A stretch of 63,331 nt of DNA, filler included, from Octopus bimaculoides (GCF_001194135.2; 8 parts of 8 records of this genome joined end to end with filler, not necessarily neighbours in it), one strand, 5' to 3'; shown: positions 26,990-39,763, counted from the whole stretch's first letter. Made by a program: numbers and translations. The notes: generated by a model not told the origin, from the letters alone.

Positions 26990-27285
26990 TTTCATGTATA
27001 TGTATTGCAAGGTCGTGAGTTCGATTCCCAGCGGTGTAAAGTGCACTCCAGCAAGACACTTTATTTCACATTGCTCCACTCAGCTGGCAAAAACGAGTTG
27101 TACCTGTACTCTAAAGGACCAGCATTGTCACATTCTGTGTCACGCTGAATTTCCCTCAGAACTACATTAACGGTGTTAAGGGTACGCGTGTCTGTGGAGT
27201 ACTCAGCCTCTTGCCCGTTAATTCCACGAGCAGGCTGTTCCGTTGATCGGATCAACTGGAACACTCGTCGTTAAGACCGACCGAG
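26990..27285 (+). mobile_element. tRNA-head SINE-like repeat
   Basis: B box GAGTTCGATTCC followed by CAAGACACTTTATTTCAC; related to family 3 heads and to 42480-42710. Confidence 0.5.
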
Positions 27286-27742
27286 TTCTAGTCATAGTCT
27301 TTGAAGAGTTTATCAATTTCATAATTGCGTTCTTCTGCCGTAGCTGCTGCTGTTATTGTTGTTGTTGTTGTTGATGATGATGATGATGATGATGGGGTTA
27401 TTGTTGGAGACGTTGTTGTTGTCTTCGTTGTAGTTGTTGTTGTTGCTGTGTAAAACTCCAAATTCAAGCATGTTTTCTTTTTCTTTTTTTTTTGTCCAAC
27501 CAAAGCCACTCGTGACATGGCTTGTCGTTATTCCGTTGATAATTGGCCGACAAGTTCAATAGCTCCATCAGGTGGTGCAACATCAAAGATCACCTATAAA
27601 TAGTGACTATTGCTGATGTGTCTTTGTTGACAACAAAAATGTTTGTTTGTTTGTTTGTTTGTTTTGTGTTGGAGGAGTGGGTGGGTGTGGGACATGGAGC
27701 GGAGTGGGGTGGGTGTGTTGAATTCTTGACTTGAATTCTGAC

Positions 27743-27824
27743 TTACAAAGAAGTACAAAAAAGTACAAAGTGAAGAAAATAATATTATTTTCTTCACTTT
27801 GTACTTTTTTGTACTTCTTTGTAA
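27743..27824. repeat. 82-bp perfect spacerless palindrome
   Basis: TTACAAAGAAGTACAAAAAAGTACAAAGTGAAGAAAATAAT followed immediately by its exact reverse complement. Confidence 0.9.
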
Positions 27825-29372
27825 AAAAACATTTTCATTCTCCTTCTTCTTGATAATTTGCTTCATCGCAATGAAAACCGGTTAGAAAAAATCTTCATTA
27901 AATTATGCTCCCAGTTCAGCNNNNNNNNNNNNNNNNNNNNNNNNNNNNNNNNNNNNNNNNNNNNNNNNNNNNNNNNNNNNNNNNNNNNNNNNNNNNNNNN
28001 NNNNNNNNNNNNNNNNNNNNNNNNNNNNNNNNNNNNNNNNNNNNNNNNNNNNNNNNNNNNNNNNNNNNNNNNNNNNNNNNNNNNNNNNNNNNNNNNNNNN
28101 NNNNNNNNNNNNNNNNNNNNNNNNNNNNNNNNNNNNNNNNNNNNNNNNNNNNNNNNNNNNNNNNNNNNNNNNNNNNNNNNNNNNNNNNNNNNNNNNNNNN
28201 NNNNNNNNNNNNNNNNNNNNNNNNNNNNNNNNNNNNNNNNNNNNNNNNNNNNNNNNNNNNNNNNNNNNNNNNNNNNNNNNNNNNNNNNNNNNNNNNNNNN
28301 NNNNNNNNNNNNNNNNNNNNNNNNNNNNNNNNNNNNNNNNNNNNNNNNNNNNNNNNNNNNNNNNNNNNNNNNNNNNNNNNNNNNNNNNNNNNNNNNNNNN
28401 NNNNNNNNNNNNNNNNNNNNNNNNNNNNNNNNNNNNNNNNNNNNNNNNNNNNNNNNNNNNNNNNNNNNNNNNNNNNNNNNNNNNNNNNNNNNNNNNNNNN
28501 NNNNNNNNNNNNNNNNNNNNNNNNNNNNNNNNNNNNNNNNNNNNNNNNNNNNNNNNNNNNNNNNNNNNNNNNNNNNNNNNNNNNNNNNNNNNNNNNNNNN
28601 NNNNNNNNNNNNNNNNNNNNNNNNNNNNNNNNNNNNNNNNNNNNNNNNNNNNNNNNNNNNNNNNNNNNNNNNNNNNNNNNNNNNNNNNNNNNNNNNNNNN
28701 NNNNNNNNNNNNNNNNNNNNNNNNNNNNNNNNNNNNNNNNNNNNNNNNNNNNNNNNNNNNNNNNNNNNNNNNNNNNNNNNNNNNNNNNNNNNNNNNNNNN
28801 NNNNNNNNNNNNNNNNNNNNNNNNNNNNNNNNNNNNNNNNNNNNNNNNNNNNNNNNNNNNNNNNNNNNNNNNNNNNNNNNNNNNNNNNNNNNNNNNNNNN
28901 NNNNNNNNNNNNNNNNCATACATTCGAGACGTGAACAAAACGCACACAGACACACACACACACACAAGATATAGATACGCGTGTATATATTGACATAGAT
29001 TTATGCATAGAACGGCGCACAGTTAATTAATCGATAAGGAGGTGCGGCCCGGGGGCACGGGGGTGGGGTGGGAGGAGGGGGAGCACGAAATGAATAAAAA
29101 AAGAAATGTTATGAAGAATATGTAAATTCGTTGTGCATACATGGTTCTACATAGACATACGCATAATTGCAGACAAGCACATTGGTGTTTATATATATAT
29201 ATATGAATGCACACGCGTGTGTGTGTCTGCGTGTGTATGTCTGCGTGTGTGTGTGTGTGTGTATGTATGTTTGTGTGTGTTTATGTGTGCATATATATAT
29301 GTATATATATATATATATATAGACAGTGCCCCAGCATGACCGCAGTGAAATGACTGAAAGAAGTAAAAGATA

Positions 29373-29430
<58 letters not shown>

Positions 29431-29450
29431 ATGTATCAAGTATTATGTAC

Positions 29451-29487
<37 letters not shown>

Positions 29488-30380
29488 CATACACATAAAC
29501 ATGTGCACACACAGGCATACACACACACGCACCCATAGATGCATACACACACACACGCACACATACACACAATGTGCTTATTTGTGTGTATGCATGTATA
29601 AGAAGAGGATACACATACATATTTACATATACATACACATGCATGTACACGCGCTTACTCCCACACGCATACAACGCCTATACACACACACGCGCATACA
29701 CACGGGTATATACGCAAACATGTATGTATTTGTGTACTCACATATACACGCATTCACGTGTCTATACTAACACGTATGTATGCATAGGCACGTGTATACA
29801 CAAACACATATATACATATGTATACATATATACAACGTACACACGTGAATACACGCATACACACGCATACACATATGTATATACACAGACATGTACACAT
29901 GTATATGCGCACACGCACAGGCATACGCATGTACACACGCATACACACGTGCGTACACAAGCATAGACGCTTACACACGTGCGTATATACACACACGTAG
30001 ACACACGCAAACACACGTGTATATACACACACATGCACGCGCACGCGCATGCGCATACACACCAGTGAGTGCTGCAAGTAAATGCTGATTCAGTCGCTTT
30101 CTGTTCAACCAGAGCTCAACTTCCGGTTCTGGACCTGCCAATTGTACAGAAATAGATTCGCAGTCGCTTTTATTCCTCCCACCCGCTCCCCCTCCAGCCT
30201 TCCCTCCACCCGCTCCCTTCCAAGAACCCCCTCCTCTCTGTTCACTACTCCCACTACCGAAAATACGTACACACATACACACACACACATATATATGGAT
30301 ACACATCTGTACATACATGCATGCGTATGTATGTATGTATATACATATATATATACATATATATACATACATACATATAG

Positions 30381-30429
<49 letters not shown>

Positions 30430-30461
30430 CCTGAGTGCGTAAATATATATGTACATATGTG

Positions 30462-30492
<31 letters not shown>

Positions 30493-31103
30493 NNNNNNNN
30501 NNNNNNNNNNNNNNNNNNNNNNNNNNNNNNNNNNNNNNNNNNNNNNNNNNNNNNNNNNNNNNNNNNNNNNNNNNNNNNNNNNNNNNNNNNNNNNNNNNNN
30601 NNNNNNNNNNNNNNNNNNNNNNNNNNNNNNNNNNNNNNNNNNNNNNNNNNNNNNNNNNNNNNNNNNNNNNNNNNNNNNNNNNNNNNNNNNNNNNNNNNNN
30701 NNNNNNNNNNNNNNNNNNNNNNNNNNNNNNNNNNNNNNNNNNNNNNNNNNNNNNNNNNNNNNNNNNNNNNNNNNNNNNNNNNNNNNNNNNNNNNNNNNNN
30801 NNNNNNNNNNNNNNNNNNNNNNNNNNNNNNNNNNNNNNNNNNNNNNNNNNNNNNNNNNNNNNNNNNNNNNNNNNNNNNNNNNNNNNNNNNNNNNNNNNNN
30901 NNNNNNNNNNNNNNNNNNNNNNNNNNNNNNNNNNNNNNNNNNNNNNNNNNNNNNNNNNNNNNNNNNNNNNNNNNNNNNNNNNNNNNNNNNNNNNNNNNNN
31001 NNNNNNNNNNNNNNNNNNNNNNNNNNNNNNNNNNNNNNNNNNNNNNNNNNNNNNNNNNNNNNNNNNNNNNNNNNNNNNNNNNNNNNNNNNNNNNNNNNNN
31101 NNN

Positions 31104-31143
<40 letters not shown>

Positions 31144-31600
31144 TTCTCTCTCTCCTTGTTTGTCTCTTTCTTTTATGTCTGTTTTATCTCTCTGCGTATA
31201 TGTATGTCTCTCTTTCCCTCTTTCCCTCTTTCGCTCTCTCTCTCTCTCTCTCTTCCAATCAGCTTATACGTTTCCAATTTACAAGCATTTTTGGCCTGGG
31301 CCGAATCAGATCCGCCTACCTCTTTGTCTGCTTGTCTTATATCCTTGAGTTTAGATCCAGACTACAGAGTAACAGCGTTATAAAACGACAAAAACTGAAT
31401 CAGTAACAAACACGAGACAAACTTGCATCTCTCCTCAAGGACTTCTACGACAGCCTTCACAAAAGTAGCTGCACACACCACACTGTACGTAGCCCTGTTA
31501 GTGCGCATGCGCCTCTATAAGGTTTGGGACAGTTCACTTGCCATCCCACGGAAGTGTCAGGATTTCACCACAGCAATTTGACATATTGTCTATCTGTTCT

Positions 31601-31631
<31 letters not shown>

Positions 31632-31842
31632 GTCTGTCTGTCTGCCTGTCTGTCTGTCTATCTTTAGGTACATAGAATGTGTATACATTTGTACGTAGGT
31701 ACACGGATTAACCCATAGCACGCGTGTTTAAAAGGCTTAAGGAAAGCACTTTAAATACGTAGACTTCTTTGCCAAAAGGTTCATGTTTTTGCAAGATTCA
31801 TTTATCAAGCTAATGATTTTTATTTTAAGACAATCTTTCCCC

Positions 31843-31882
<40 letters not shown>

Positions 31883-32056
31883 ACACACACAGAAGCAGAG
31901 AGGTAGAGAGAGAAGGATGTTGGCACAGAGAGAGAGAGAGAGAGCCATTGATGTCTTTTTGCTTACAAAGGTTAAGAACTCTGCTGTACTAAAAGACCAC
32001 AGGTGTCGCCAATGTCTGCGTGAACCGTCAGCTGTTACCTAATACATACATACTTG

Positions 32057-32092
<36 letters not shown>

Positions 32093-32162
32093 TATATACA
32101 TACATGCATGCATACACACACACATACATACATACATGCATACATGCATATATAAGTGTATA

Positions 32163-32220
<58 letters not shown>

Positions 32221-32320
32221 NNNNNNNNNNNNNNNNNNNNNNNNNNNNNNNNNNNNNNNNNNNNTTAATTAATTAANNNNNNNNNNNNNNNNNNNNNNNN
32301 NNNNNNNNNNNNNNNNNNNN
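32221..32320. other. Artificial scaffold join
   Basis: N44-TTAATTAATTAA-N44. Confidence 0.95.
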
Positions 32321-32329
32321 TCCCCTGGA

Positions 32330-32612
32330 CTGGCTCATGTGCGGGCGACACATGAAATCTTCCTTTTTTTTTCTTTTTTTTTTTGTGCGGGTGGCACATG
32401 AAATGCACCATTTTGAGTGCGGGTGACACGTAAAAGCACCCACTACACTCTCTGAGTGGTTGGCGTTAGGAAGGGCATCCAGCTGTAGAAACTCTGTCAA
32501 ATCAGATTGGAGGCTGGTGTTGCCATCTGGTTTCACCAGTCCTCAGTCAAATCGTCCAACCCATGCTAGCATGGAAAGCAGATGTTAAACGATGATGATG
32601 ATGACGATGATG
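32330..32612 (+). mobile_element. RTE-family 3'UTR fragment ending in (GAT)n
   Basis: GTGGTTGGCGTTAGGAAGGGCATCCAGC..CCATGCTAGCATGG..(GAT)n, the same tail as the LINE at 36560-38015. Further copies at about 35296-35490, 56160-56790 (-), 57931-58152 and 59640-60045. Confidence 0.75.
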
Positions 32613-32859
32613 ATTTACAGAGTGGAATTGGCTCTGCGCAAAGCCATAGCATAGACCTCACTTGATTTTTTAATATCTCTCTTGTGTGTTGCATACTATG
32701 GTTGGCTGCAACCAAAAAATGCAAAACACTCAAAGAAAAATTACAATAATTTACAGACAAATGGGAACAAGGACTCTGGAACCGATAGGGAAAGGATCTG
32801 GCTCAGCTGGTGTTCCAAAGCACTACAGCCAGTGCCCGATTGCCATTTTGATATTATGA

Positions 32860-34985
32860 GAAAGTTCAAACCTTTGAATATAGATGGCTGGATAATTTTC
32901 ACCTTATTAGAATATAAATCCTTTACAACATGCCCTGAAAGAAGATCGGTGCTTTTAGCAAAGAAATCACTGTGACATAACATGGATGTGATGACCTTGT
33001 CTGAGAGTTTCTAAAGAGGGTCACTGTACAGAACAACATGGTGGCTACATGTTTCATTGGAGTGAGAGAGCAGAAGAGTGCAAGAAGGAGGCTGCTGTAG
33101 TACTAGCGATAAAGAATTTCATTGTTTCTAATCTGGAAGAGCTTCCATATGGATTTACTGATTACCAGATGTCAATGAAGATACTATTGTCAAAGAACAA
33201 ATTTGTTACTCTAAGAGAGTGTCTACACTACAGCCATGTATCCTCTGAAGATTCGAAAAAATACTTCATTTTTTATCTTTCATGACAAGATCTTGTCTGC
33301 AATCTAGTCTTCAAAATTCCCTATGTTAATAAAGCTGTCATACACAGTGACTTCAATGCTTGAGTTGTTAAGGAGAACTAAAGTTAGGATGTAAGTGGAA
33401 AGCATTGAGTTGGAAAGTACAATAGTAATCAATAGCTTGTTATTGTTGCAAATGTGTCAGGTGTTAGATTTCTTCACAACAAACAGTTAAATACAAAACA
33501 ACCTAGATACACCTCAGCTCAAAACAGCAACATATGATTGATTTTGTTGTTGTTCTTTAGGCAAGATGTTCATGATGTAGGTTGTATCTACTTTATGCAG
33601 GAAGCTGAATACTGGTCTGACCATTGTCTTGTTTATACAAAGGAGAGGTTAGAAAACCAAAAGTAGGAACCAAAGAAATTAGATATGACACGTCTGAAAG
33701 ATAATGTCATTAAGGGGAGTTGGTGAGCAGAATGGACAATATTCATCTCAAAGAGTCCAAAACATCCTTTCATGGCCTTTGCAAAGATTTTTTGGGTTTA
33801 GTGGAAAGAAGATGTTAAGATTGATTTAATGAAAATGAAGAAATCCAGACAGTATTTAAAGGAAAAGATATTCTTGTGAGGTGGTGAGAGCAACTTCTGA
33901 AAAGACGTTCAAATTGATGAGGAGTTTCTTGGTTTGATGCTCTGTATTCCTGCAAAAGAAGATGCCAACAAGGTGGACTTGTATCAAGTCTTTGTTGATT
34001 TAAGGCTTTTGGGTACTGCGAATAGAAATTCCTCTTGGTACATTCTGAGAAAGGTTGTGTCCTGGAAAGTTTGTCTCTATGCTTAGATTTTTCCATTATG
34101 AAATGATAAGCTTGGACTAACATGGGGGGTAAGCTCTCTCATACAATTTTGGTTGAAAATGATATAAAAACAATGGAATTAACCAGTGCCAACTCTGTTT
34201 GCATCATAATGTGTTATGGTTTTTTGGTGGTTTTTGAGAGTTGCTTTCATGAGGTTTACATTAGATACCAAACAACTATAATGGTTTTCTGCCAAAAGTA
34301 AACTTTTCCCATCACTAATATACAACTTTCTGTATGCTGATGACTGTGATCTTGTTCTCTCAGTAACATGGAGTATCTTTTTGACTCCTTCCCAAACAGC
34401 ATGCAGTGCACTGAAGATAACAACCAGCCTAAAACAAGAGAGCTGCAATGCATCAACCTGCACCAGGTAAAGACTGCTCTCTCAGCCAAACATTTATGGG
34501 AATGGACAGAAATTGCAAATTGAGGATAAATTCATCTATTCAGGTATTACTGTGAAATACTTTTGATGATGAAATCACCCTCCAAATCAATAAAAGCCAG
34601 TGAGGCATTCAGAAAAAACTGGACAGATGTTTGCCCAGGTTACTGACTGGAGACATAGGAAAAGACTGGAGCAATTTCATCAACAGGGTCTCTGCCCAAT
34701 GCTTAATATCCAATGGCAAGTGTGTGTAAGTGACATTGAAATCCTCAAATGCAGCCAACCAATACAGAGTCTGTAGTACTTCAGCACAGATTACGATGGA
34801 ATGGTCAGGTTTAGAATGGAACATAGTTGGATCTCTAAGCAATTTTGTGGATGGTGAGTTAGCCCAGGATAAAAGACCAGTGCACAAACTGAAACTAAAG
34901 TAAGCATCAAGAATACACTGAGGAAGGTCAAAATTTTGGGAAATGAATGAGAAAACCTTGCCGGGAGGCAAACATTTCAAGTCAT
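32860..34985 (+). mobile_element. Degenerate RTE-clade LINE (endonuclease plus RT, with deletions)
   Basis: PERRSVLLAK..GGYMFHWS..LEELPYG (RTE APE domain), FLYADDCDL at about 34327-34352, and a thumb region to about 34980. Many stops and frameshifts. Confidence 0.8.
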
Positions 34986-35048
34986 ATATGACTTGAAATG
35001 TTTGCTTTGCCTTAATGTTTGACGTCCTGTTTAACAGTTATATATATG

Positions 35049-35099
<51 letters not shown>

Positions 35100-35499
35100 N
35101 NNNNNNNNNNNNNNNNNNNNNNNNNNNNNNNNNNNNNNNNNNNNNNNNNNNNNNNNNNNNNNNNNNNNNNNNNNNNNNNNNNNNNNNNNNNNNNNNNNNN
35201 NNNNNNNNNNNNNNNNNNNNNNNNNNNNNNNNNNNNNNNNNNNNNNNNNNNNNNNNNNNNNNNNNNNNNNNNNNNNNNNNNNNNNNNNNNNNNNNTGGCA
35301 GAGTTTCTACAGCTGGATGCCCTTCCTAACGCCAACCACTCAGAGAGTGTAGTGGGTGCTTTTACGTGTCACCCGCACGAAAACGGCCACGCTCGAAATG
35401 GTGTCTTTTATGTGCCACCCGCACAAGCCAGTCCAGGGGCACTGGCAACGATCTTACTTGGCTTGCCGGGTCTTCTCACGCACGCCGGGTCTTCTCGTG

Positions 35500-35531
<32 letters not shown>

Positions 35532-36119
35532 CAACTGGTTTCTTTCAGTTTCCGTCTACCAAATCCACTCACAAGGCTCTGGTCGGCCCGAGGCTATAGT
35601 AGAAGACACTTGCCCAAGGTGCCAGGCAGTGGGACTGAACCCGGGCCCATGCGGTTGGTAAGCAAGCTCCTTAGCCACACAGCTGCACCTTATACAGTAG
35701 AACGAGCAACAGAGTACAATACGTTGCCTTTCCCAACGTGATGATGATGATGTTATTTCTCGTTGAGTCTTTCAGACTTCCTCACTCTCTCTCTTTCTCT
35801 TTATTATTAAGTTAAACTCAGTGTTACATGTTGTTGTTGTATTTTTTAATGCTGTTGTTGTTGTTGTTGTTGTTATGGAAGTGGTCATTGTGGTAGGCAG
35901 CATGTATTATGTCTTTTGAGCTTTGTCTTGTAACTTATAACATTGGGCTATATTTCAGAAGTAGGAGAAACAGTGTGGGGGCTGGTGTGAGTTGGCCACA
36001 ACTGAAGGGGAGGAGAAAAGAGAGAACAATAGAGGAACAATGAAACTGACAAGCAATGGTAGGGGGATGGTAAGCTGATAAAAGTTACATAAGTTACATA
36101 GTGGATGGAGGGTATGTGT

Positions 36120-36396
36120 GTGTATATTAGACAGGCTTGGAGAAGAAGGGTGTGGAAGCTTAAAGACCCTGCAAACGGACAGAGACTTAGAGACAAGTTA
36201 CTTGAAGCATTTAACGAAATAGAAGGGGATATAGCATCATACAACGTGGAAGACAATTGGAGATTTCTGCGGGACAACCTGTTGAAAGCCACCGACCAGA
36301 TTTGTGGGTGGTGTAAGGTCCCCTCCCAACCCAGAGTAACGTGGTGGTGGAACAAGGAGGTAGACAGGGCTATTAGACAAAAGAAACAAGCTTGGA
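36120..36396 (+). mobile_element. RTE-clade ORF fragment (post-endonuclease linker)
   Basis: RRVWKLKD..NWRFLRDNLLKATDQICG..TWWWNKEVDRAIRQKKQAW. Confidence 0.7.
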
Positions 36397-36496
36397 NNNN
36401 NNNNNNNNNNNNNNNNNNNNNNNNNNNNNNNNNNNNNNNNTTAATTAATTAANNNNNNNNNNNNNNNNNNNNNNNNNNNNNNNNNNNNNNNNNNNN
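36397..36496. other. Artificial scaffold join
   Basis: N44-TTAATTAATTAA-N44. Confidence 0.95.
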
Positions 36497-36559
36497 ATAT
36501 ATATATATATATATATATCTATATGTATATATGTGTTTTCTCTACCTTTCTACTTATAA

Positions 36560-38015
36560 GGACTTTGGCTTTAGTTAGGTAGATGGCCCTGCTTGATTTG
36601 TAGAAAAGGTGTAGGTAGAAACTCTATAAGATGTACCCAGTGCAAGCTATGGACACATAAGAGGTGCAGCAATATCAAAGGCATGTTAACTAGGAAGTTA
36701 GTTTTTGTATTTTGCAGATGNNNNNNNNNNGTGCAGCAATATCAAAGGCATGTTAACTAGGAAGTTAGTTTTTGTATTTTGCAGATGTTCAGTTGCAATA
36801 AACACTGTAAACAAACAGGAAACAACTTCTGTCTCATTCCAGGGAGAAAAACTAGATGTAGTTGATAGCTTCTGATATCAAGGTGACCAAGTTAGTAGTT
36901 GGGGTGGGTGCACTGAAAGTGTAGCTGCTAGAATAAGAATAGCCTGAGCAAAGTTCAGAGAGCTCTAACATCTGCTAGTGACACAGGGTCTCTCTCTCAG
37001 AGTAAAAGGCCGTGACTGCTGAGGACATGTGTAAGCTCGCAAGGAATGAAACCAGTATGCACCAATGGATGAGTAATGTCAGTGTGCATACCCGACAGAG
37101 TGTAAGTATCTTGAGAGAAAAGTTGAACATAAAAAGCATCAGTTGTGGTATGCAAGAGACACGGTTGAGCTGGAATGGACATGTGGCGAGAATGGATGAG
37201 GATAGCTGTGTGGAAAAGTGCCACACCCAAGCGGTTGAGGGAACCTGTGGAAGAGGCTGGCCTTGGAAGACCTGGGATCAGGTAGTGAAGCACGACCTCT
37301 GAACATTAGGCCTCACCAAGGCAATGACTTGTGACTGAGATTTTTGGAAATATGCTGTGTGTGAGAAGACCCGGCAAGCCAAGTGAGACCAAAATCCAAG
37401 GCCTCTGCCAGGGATGTAGCCAGCCCACTTACGCATAACATTCCTTCCTTCAATGGACACTAAACTCCACTTGCGAAGACCTGTTGAGGCAAGTGAAATC
37501 GAAATCAAACTAGATTTGTAGGAACACTAAACTTGGCTTGTGAAGACCTGTTGGGGCAAGCGAAATCATGATGGCACCTGTACCAGTGGAGAACTAAGAG
37601 CACCGTCTCAGCGCAATCGTTGCCAGAGCAACTGTCCGGCTTACGTGCCACCAGCATGTAAATAGCACCAGTGTGATCGTTACCAATGTCGCCTTCCTGG
37701 CACTTGTGCCAGTGGCACGTGAAAATACTTTCGAGCGAGATCGTTGCTAGTGCCGATGGACTGGCTCCTGTGCAGGTGGCACGTAAAATACCCCATTTTG
37801 AGCATGGCCATCGCCAGTACCCGCCTGACTGGCACGTAAAAGCACCCACTACACTCTAGGAGTGGTTGGCGTTAGGAAGGGCATCCAGCTGTAGAAACTC
37901 TGCCAAATCAGATTGGAGCCTGGTGTCGCCTCCTGGTCCACCAGTCCTCAGTCAAATCGTCCAACCCATGTTAGCATGGAAAGTGGATGTTAAACGACGA
38001 TGATGATGATGATGT
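36560..38015 (+). mobile_element. 5'-truncated RTE-clade LINE with Cys/His insert, RT C-terminus, modular 3'UTR and (GAT)n tail
   Basis: CLICRKGVGRNSIRCTQCKLWTHKRC, KLDVVDSF..ESVAARIRIA.AKFREL, RLSWNGHVARM..GRGWPWKTWDQVVKHDL, then a UTR of about 600 nt. Confidence 0.8.
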
Positions 38016-38617
38016 ACATATATACATACATGCATATATGGGTACAGGACATCACAAACAGTGCAAATGACATGAATTACGTGAAGAAATGTGTTAAATA
38101 CATAAAGAAGAATAAAAATGGAAAATAGCACAAGTAAACACAGAGCAAGGGCCATTCATAATTTGTCAGCTGTCTATCTACTCCTCATTTTGAGCATTCA
38201 ACGGCAACGTGAGTCTTCAAAGATTCTTCAAAGTACCATAAATTGTGAACTAAAATTCAGGATTTATGGAATGTCAAAGTTGGGAACAAAAACATGACAT
38301 TGGCAACATACAAGGAAACTGAATGAAAACAAACATGGAGGGTTGTTAGACCTGATCGAGATGAAAATAGTGAATGCTATATATACACACATACACACAT
38401 ATATAACTATATATATATGCATATCTATATGGATTCCATAACATAATCATTGTTTTCCCTGTGTCATCTTTTTTGTTGTTTATATGTATATATATAATTC
38501 TTTTTGCACTCAGCTCAAAAATCCTCTTTTATTCATTGTTTCTAAATGTCTTTAAATCTGCTCTGCTCCCTTTATTTGCTGGTTTTTTGATAGTTTATAT
38601 GTTTTGTTTTATTATAG

Positions 38618-38763
38618 GTAAAGGGAAGCAAGTTGAAGCCCTAAATATTTTGGCAGCTGGTTTCTTGCGTGGCGGACTTGGCTTTTTAAAAAGCTCTGCT
38701 GCTGGAGAAATGATCAAAGGTAGTGGACATGTGAACCGAGAAATTAGAGTTGGTGTCACACAT
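38618..38763 (+). CDS. HEATR5B: HEAT repeat-containing protein 5 exon (internal)
   Basis: EALNILAAGFLRGGLGFLKSSAAGEMIKGSGHVNREIRVGVTH matches the HEATR5B TGFLRGGSGFLKS..VNREVRVGVTQ region. AG at 38616-17 (5' boundary less certain), GT at 38764-65, ends phase 0. Confidence 0.85.
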
Positions 38764-39156
38764 GTAAGCATCTCAATACTGTACACTCACCTTATTTTCT
38801 AGAAAATTGATAATTTCTTTATTATTGCATTTAGCCAGGGTCAATAATTATTTAAAAGCGACAAAATTCACTTTTTGGAACCTTATCTGCTATTTTCCTG
38901 TAATTAAACAAAAGTAAGATTAATATCACTTGGTAGAATACTGATTCATTGTTTGTAGCTTTTCCACATCAGAGGAATTTTCGGCAGATTTTGCTAACAA
39001 AATGCTATTTTACAGTTTTGCTTCTATTTACCTAATATTGTATATTTGGGTCTCTGTTTTTCCTCTCTTTGTGATTGAATTCATTGACAGGATATGAAGC
39101 ACCGACCTGTTTTGATCCCACCTTATCTGATTTTCCTGCAATGAAAGTTGAATGTT

Positions 39157-39188
<32 letters not shown>

Positions 39189-39679
39189 NNNNNNNNNNNN
39201 NNNNNNNNNNNNNNNNNNNNNNNNNNNNNNNNNNNNNNNNNNNNNNNNNNNNNNNNNNNNNNNNNNNNNNNNNNNNNNNNNNNNNNNNNNNNNNNNNNNN
39301 NNNNNNNNNNNNNNNNNNNNNNNNNNNNNNNNNNNNNNNNNNNNNNNNNNNNNNNNNNNNNNNNNNNNNNNNNNNNNNNNNNNNNNNNNNNNNNNNNNNN
39401 NNNNNNNNNNNNNNNNNNNNNNNNNNNNNNNNNNNNNNNNNNNNNNNNNNNNNNNNNNNNNNNNNNNNNNNNNNNNNNNNNNNNNNNNNNNNNNNNNNNN
39501 NNNNNNNNNNNNNNNNNNNNNNNNNNNNNNNNNNNNNNNNNNNNNNNNNNNNNNNNNNNNNNNNNNNNNNNNNNNNNNNNNNNNNNNNNNNNNNNNNNNN
39601 NNNNNNNNNNNNNNNNNNNAAGACATTATAACCGAGATCTCGGTTATAATGTCTTACGTTTAAGCTGGTTCCCATACAT

Positions 39680-39763
39680 TTCCCTGAGGAGAAGTTTACA
39701 TTTTTAACATCGCCGATTCCTATGGATCGCATAAATTGTAATTCTTCGAAACATATGTCGGAA
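39680..39763 (+). ncRNA. Type-I hammerhead ribozyme fold with intact catalytic core, in a HEATR5B intron (sense)
   Basis: TTCC-CTGAGGA-GAAG...CTTC-GAAA-C-ATAT-GTC-GGAA. All core nucleotides present, G10.1-C11.1 pair, palindromic helix III ACATATGT, GUC triplet at 39757-59. Confidence 0.72.

Noticed and set aside
27858-31406. 300-430 aa ORFs
   Set aside because: Mostly N gaps translated as X, plus dinucleotide repeats.
36664-36787. 57-bp tandem duplication
   Set aside because: The two copies flank a 10-N gap, which indicates an unmerged contig overlap.
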